Part shown: positions 59,755 through 64,000 of the stretch, piece after piece
Layout: the number at the start of each line of letters is the position of its first letter
How positions within the stretch are numbered: position 1 is the first letter of the stretch
IMG/VR virus record: IMGVR_UViG_2718218168_000001
Location: 32,001 to 96,000 of that record
Length of the DNA stretch: 64,000 bases
Strand: one strand, 5' to 3'
Origin: a virus
Taxonomy: Duplodnaviria; Heunggongvirae; Uroviricota; Caudoviricetes
Translations under genes and position numbers: made by a program
The notes under the pieces: generated by a model
Told to the model about the DNA's origin: nothing
The model's input: only the letters and a program-made list of their open reading frames with translations
Databases searched by the model: none

Positions 59755-62673
59755 ATGAATGACGTTACAGTTGTTACATCAGTTACTTACCCATCACCCG
59801 AGTCGTTGGCTCTGGTGGCTGATGTGCAATACCACGAACCATATCTGTCAGCCGCGCTAAACCGAAAATTCAGGGGGATTGTTGACCCGGGATTTTATGC
59901 CGGTTTCTTACCTAAGCCTGGCGGTGGGATGAACCTGTTAATCACCTCAGTGGATGGTGATAAAACCGCAGGCGCGGCGTCGGTGGATATTGGTGAATTC
60001 TACCAGGTAACTATTCAGCATCGTAAGGATATTTCTCTTGCACTTAGCGCAGGTAAGAAATATGCAATTGTGCTGAAGGGAAGATATCTCCTTGGAGAGG
60101 ATACCTATCAGGTTAATACAGCGTCACATATTCATGCGGCTGAATTTGTTACCAGAACCTATACCGATTCATATCAGTTGGGAGATGGGGAACTGCTTGT
60201 TTGTACGGTGAATATCCCTGCTGGCGTATCTGCCATTACCCAGGAGATGATTGATACATCCGAGCGTATTAACCGCACGATCGGCATTGATATTTCAGAC
60301 TCTGTAACCAGTACCAGAAGTGATGTTGCGGCAAGTTCGCTGGCGGTTAAAAAAGCCTACGATCTGGCAAAAAGCAAGTATACGGCGCAGGATGCAAGCA
60401 CAACGCAAAAGGGATTAGTTCAGCTCAGTAGCGAAACTAACAGCGACAGCGAAACAATGGCGGCGACCCCTAAAGCCGTTAAGTCTGTAAAAGATCTTGC
60501 TGATACCAAAGCGCCAATAGAAAGCCCGAGTCTGACAGGAACGCCAACCGCGCCGACGGCAGCGCAAGGTACAAACAGCACGCAGATCGCAAATACAGCC
60601 TTTGTTAAGGAAGCTATAACTGCACTTATCAACGGTGCGCCTGGCACACTGGATACGCTGAAAGAAATAGCGGCTGCGATCAATAACGACCCGAATTTCA
60701 GCACAACTATCAACAATGCCCTGGCTCTCAAAGCGCCTTTGGCAAGCCCTGCATTAACGGGTGTCCCTACTGCGCCGACCGCCGCACAGGGCACAAATAA
60801 TACGCAGATTGCTACGACCGCTTATGTAAGAGCTGCCATATCCGCATTGGTTGGTTCATCACCAGAAGCTCTTGATACCCTGAATGAGCTTGCCGCAGCA
60901 CTTGGCAATGACCCGAACTTTGCGACAACAATGACAAATGCGCTGGCAGGCAAACAGCCTCTGGATGCAACTTTAACCGCGCTCGCTGGCCTTGCGACTG
61001 GTGCAAACAAACTGCCTTATTTCACTGGTAAGGATACGGTAGCTCAGACTGATTTAACGTCAGTCGGTCGCGATATTCTGGCTAAAACAAGCACACTGGC
61101 CGTTATCCAATACCTTGGTTTAAGAGAACTCGGTACCAGCGGTGAAAAGATCCCCCTGTTGAGCACGGCTAACACATGGAGTGCACGCCAGACTTTCAAC
61201 GGCGGGATCACCGGGGCGCTGACAGGGAACGCCGACACCGCGACGAAATTAAAAACAGCCAGAAACATTAATGGCGTCAGGTTCGATGGTTCTGGTGACA
61301 TTAATATCAATACTCTGGTATCGCGCGGTCGCGTAACGGCCCTGGAGGCGAATGCACAGGGAACATCCGGGATTCAGCTGTATGAGGCATACAACAATGG
61401 CTACCCTTCCCCCTATGGCAATGTGCTTCACCTTAAAGGTGCCACCGCTGCTGGCGAAGGTGAGTTATTCATTGGCTGGAGTGGCACGAGCGGTGCCCAT
61501 GCGCCCGTACATATCCGTTCGCGGCGGGATACTGATTCTGCCAACTGGTCTGAATGGGCGCAGGTCTATACGTCAAAAGATTCAATTCCCGGCGTCAATG
61601 CCAAAGGGGATCAGGATACCTCTGGTAATGCGGCTACAGCGACCAAGTTGCAGACAGCATGTACTATCAACGGTGTCTCGTTTGATGGTTCTAAAAATAT
61701 TGAGCTAACGGTTGAAAATTTAAATCTTGAGCGAACAGTAGAATTAGCCGCTGGGTCATTGCAGAAAAATCAGAACGGCGCGGATATTCCTGGAAAAGAT
61801 ACCTTCACTAAAAATATTGGTGCATGTCGCGCTTTTCACAGTTCTATTAGTACAGGTGCAGGGAACTGGACAACGGCACAATTGATTGAATGGCTGGATT
61901 CTCAAGGGGCATTCAATCACCCATACTGGATGTGCAAATGTTCATGGTCGTACGGCAATAATAAAATTATAACCGATACTGGCTGTGGAACTATTCATCT
62001 TGCAGGTTGCGTTATTGAGGTTATGGGTAATAAAGGTGCCATGACCATCCGTGTAACAACACCAAGCACTTCCAGCGGTGGCGGAATCACTAACGCTCAA
62101 TTCACTTATATTAATCATGGTGATGCTTACGCTCCTGGCTGGCGACGAGACTACAACACGAAAAACCTGCAACCTGCATTTGCTTTAGGGCAGACAGGAA
62201 ACAGGGTTGCAAATGATAAAGCTGTTGGCTGGAACTGGAATAGCGGTGTTTATGATGCAGACCTAAAAGGCGCATCAACATTAATTCTTCATTTCAATAT
62301 GAACGCGGGTAGCTGCCCGGCTGTACAATTACGCGTGAATTATAAGAACGGCGGTATTTATTATCGTTCAGCGCGTGATGGTTATGGATTTGAGGCTGAC
62401 TGGTCAGAGTTTTACACCACAACCCGCAAACCCTCTGCGGGGGATGTTGGTGCATATACGCAGGCAGAATGTAACTCAAGGTTTATTACAGGTATTCGCC
62501 TGGGCGGTCTGTCATCTGTCCAGACATGGAATGGCCCCGGCTGGTCTGACAGGTCAGGTTATGTCGTTACGGGTTCAGTTAACGGGAACCGTGATGAATT
62601 AATTGATACAACACAGGCAAGGCCAATTCAGTATTGCATTAATGGGACGTGGTATAACGCGGGGAGTATTTAA
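59755..62673 (+). CDS. S: Tail fibre protein S (constant part plus variable part in current orientation)
   Basis: About 972 aa from MNDVTVVTSV... (ORF track starts at 59668); repeated ...TGTPTAPTAAQGTN(S/N)TQIA(N/T)TA(F/Y)V... blocks; contains a cix-like site. Confidence 0.85.
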   Translation: MNDVTVVTSVTYPSPESLALVADVQYHEPYLSAALNRKFRGIVDPGFYAGFLPKPGGGMNLLITSVDGDKTAGAASVDIGEFYQVTIQHRKDISLALSAGKKYAIVLKGRYLLGEDTYQVNTASHIHAAEFVTRTYTDSYQLGDGELLVCTVNIPAGVSAITQEMIDTSERINRTIGIDISDSVTSTRSDVAASSLAVKKAYDLAKSKYTAQDASTTQKGLVQLSSETNSDSETMAATPKAVKSVKDLADTKAPIESPSLTGTPTAPTAAQGTNSTQIANTAFVKEAITALINGAPGTLDTLKEIAAAINNDPNFSTTINNALALKAPLASPALTGVPTAPTAAQGTNNTQIATTAYVRAAISALVGSSPEALDTLNELAAALGNDPNFATTMTNALAGKQPLDATLTALAGLATGANKLPYFTGKDTVAQTDLTSVGRDILAKTSTLAVIQYLGLRELGTSGEKIPLLSTANTWSARQTFNGGITGALTGNADTATKLKTARNINGVRFDGSGDININTLVSRGRVTALEANAQGTSGIQLYEAYNNGYPSPYGNVLHLKGATAAGEGELFIGWSGTSGAHAPVHIRSRRDTDSANWSEWAQVYTSKDSIPGVNAKGDQDTSGNAATATKLQTACTINGVSFDGSKNIELTVENLNLERTVELAAGSLQKNQNGADIPGKDTFTKNIGACRAFHSSISTGAGNWTTAQLIEWLDSQGAFNHPYWMCKCSWSYGNNKIITDTGCGTIHLAGCVIEVMGNKGAMTIRVTTPSTSSGGGITNAQFTYINHGDAYAPGWRRDYNTKNLQPAFALGQTGNRVANDKAVGWNWNSGVYDADLKGASTLILHFNMNAGSCPAVQLRVNYKNGGIYYRSARDGYGFEADWSEFYTTTRKPSAGDVGAYTQAECNSRFITGIRLGGLSSVQTWNGPGWSDRSGYVVTGSVNGNRDELIDTTQARPIQYCINGTWYNAGSI
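61103..61128. other. cix/gix/hix-like 26-bp recombination site inside S
   Basis: TTATCCAATACCTTGGTTTAAGAGAA: dyad-symmetric with central AACC-TTGGTT core. Confidence 0.6.
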
Positions 62674-62675
62674 TT

Positions 62676-63209
62676 ATGATGCACTTAAGAAATATTACAG
62701 CTGGCAACCCTAAAACAAAAGAGCAATACCAGCTAACGAAACAATTTAACATCAAATGGCTTTATACAGAGGATGGAAAAAACTGGTATGAGGAACAAAA
62801 GAATTTCCAGTATGATACGTTGAAAATGGCCTATGACCACAACGGCGTTATTATTTGTATTGAAAAGGATGTTTCAGCAATTAATCCAGAAGGCGCAAGC
62901 GTCGTTGAATTACCTGATATTACAGCAAATCGCCGGGCTGATATTTCTGGTAAATGGATGTTCAAAGATGGCGTAGTGGTAAAGCGAACTTATACCGAGG
63001 AAGAGCAGAGGCAGCAGGCGGAAAATGAAAAGCAAAGACTGCTACAGCTCGTCAGGGATAAAACCCAGCTATGGGACTCACAGCTACGGCTGGGCATCAT
63101 TTCCGACGAGAATAAACAAAAATTAACCGAGTGGATGCTCTATGCACAGAAGGTCGAATCCACAGACACCTCCAGCCTGCCAGTAACGTTTCCAGAACAA
63201 CCAGAATGA
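62676..63209 (+). CDS. U: Tail fibre assembly protein U
   Basis: 177 aa; [20 protein letters not shown]...NWYEE typical Tfa N-terminus. Confidence 0.8.
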   Translation: MMHLRNITAGNPKTKEQYQLTKQFNIKWLYTEDGKNWYEEQKNFQYDTLKMAYDHNGVIICIEKDVSAINPEGASVVELPDITANRRADISGKWMFKDGVVVKRTYTEEEQRQQAENEKQRLLQLVRDKTQLWDSQLRLGIISDENKQKLTEWMLYAQKVESTDTSSLPVTFPEQPE

Positions 63210-63212
63210 GAC

Positions 63213-63240
63213 AAGGCCCGCTACCGGGCCTTAATTTTTA
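63213..63240. terminator. Bidirectional terminator between U and U'
   Basis: aaggcccg-ctac-cgggcctt hairpin with AT-rich flanks. Confidence 0.65.
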
Positions 63241-63765
63241 TTCAGGCTTTTGTGGCCATTCGGGCTTTGCCGTATCCACACGGCTGACCATAACACTGTA
63301 GCGTTCCCAGGCTTCCAGTCGGCTACGCTCCTCATCCGTCGCCATATTCAGCCTGACAGCGCGCTCCAGTGGCTGAATAACGCTTTCCGCTTCGGAAAGT
63401 AACGCGGCCTTTTGTGATTCGGCCTGTTGTTGCTGCTCGTCTGCCGTATAAATCCGTTTAACTACAGCTCCATCCTTAAACATCCACTTTCCTGAATCAT
63501 CAGCGCGGCGGTTGGCTGTAATATCGGGAACCTCAACGACGCTAAAACCTTCAGGGTTAAGCGTTGAGGCATCTTTGGTGATGGCAACAATAATATTATT
63601 TTCGTCGTATACAATCTTTATGGTGTCGTCCTGAAAGTTATTTACTTCCTCATACCAGTTTTTACCGTTTTCGGACCATAACCAGATAACATCAAAATTC
63701 TTTGTTAGCTGATATTGTTCTTTCGTTTTAGGATTTCCTGACTTAATATTTTTTAAATGCTGCAT
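63238..63765 (-). CDS. Alternative tail fibre assembly protein U' (inverted orientation)
   Basis: 175 aa; [20 protein letters not shown]..., paralog of U on the opposite strand. Confidence 0.8.
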   Translation of the reverse strand: MQHLKNIKSGNPKTKEQYQLTKNFDVIWLWSENGKNWYEEVNNFQDDTIKIVYDENNIIVAITKDASTLNPEGFSVVEVPDITANRRADDSGKWMFKDGAVVKRIYTADEQQQQAESQKAALLSEAESVIQPLERAVRLNMATDEERSRLEAWERYSVMVSRVDTAKPEWPQKPE

Positions 63766-63768
63766 AAT

Positions 63769-64000
63769 TTACACCTGTGCGACGTTATACCATGTGCCAT
63801 TGATGTATTTTTGTATTGGTCTGAAGATGGCTTCATCATCGCCATCTACTTCACCAATGATTCTTAATCCGGTAATTGCGTGTCCGGCTTTTTCATAACG
63901 ACCACCACGCGCCATCAATTGAACAACACGCGTACCCAGGCGAACATCTTTCACATAACGGGAATCAAAGTTACCGTAATCCGAGGGGTTAACACGCCCT
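63769..64000 (-). CDS. Alternative tail fibre variable part (Sv'-like), 3' portion; 5' end beyond window
   Basis: Frame open to the window edge; C-terminus ...IQKYINGTWYNVAQV parallels the S C-terminus ...IQYCINGTWYNAGSI. Confidence 0.7.
   Translation of the reverse strand, partial: GRVNPSDYGNFDSRYVKDVRLGTRVVQLMARGGRYEKAGHAITGLRIIGEVDGDDEAIFRPIQKYINGTWYNVAQV

Overview
This window reads as a 64-kb slice of a P1-like temperate phage-plasmid from an enterobacterium, not a lambdoid prophage. Calls rest on reading the six-frame translations and DNA by eye plus remembered P1 biology; no searches or computations were run. Recognisable P1-type modules: pac-containing terminase (pacA/pacB) behind an lpa-like gene, the phd-doc addiction pair, a ppp phosphatase block, a ban (DnaB-family) operon with three tRNAs and a TerB-like gene, a bifunctional Dmt methyltransferase next to an RdgC homolog, an iteron replicon (DnaA box, GATC cluster, 5 iterons, repA, downstream iterons) with parA-parB-parS, kilA-repL, a c4-icd-ant immunity region, sit tape-measure/transglycosylase, baseplate genes and an S-U / U'-S' invertible tail-fibre segment. 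About ten copies of a C1-operator-like 17-mer (ATTGCTCTAATAAATTT) sit at operon starts. Most notable: (1) a canonical LAGLIDADG intein inserted at the catalytic Cys of the Dmt cytosine-methyltransferase domain; (2) a second c4-icd-ant-like module at the left edge with a different antisense pairing motif; (3) several low-GC accessory cassettes and a T5orf172-type gene inside the maintenance locus, all candidate exclusion/defence functions of unknown mechanism. No c1, cre or lox was seen in the window.
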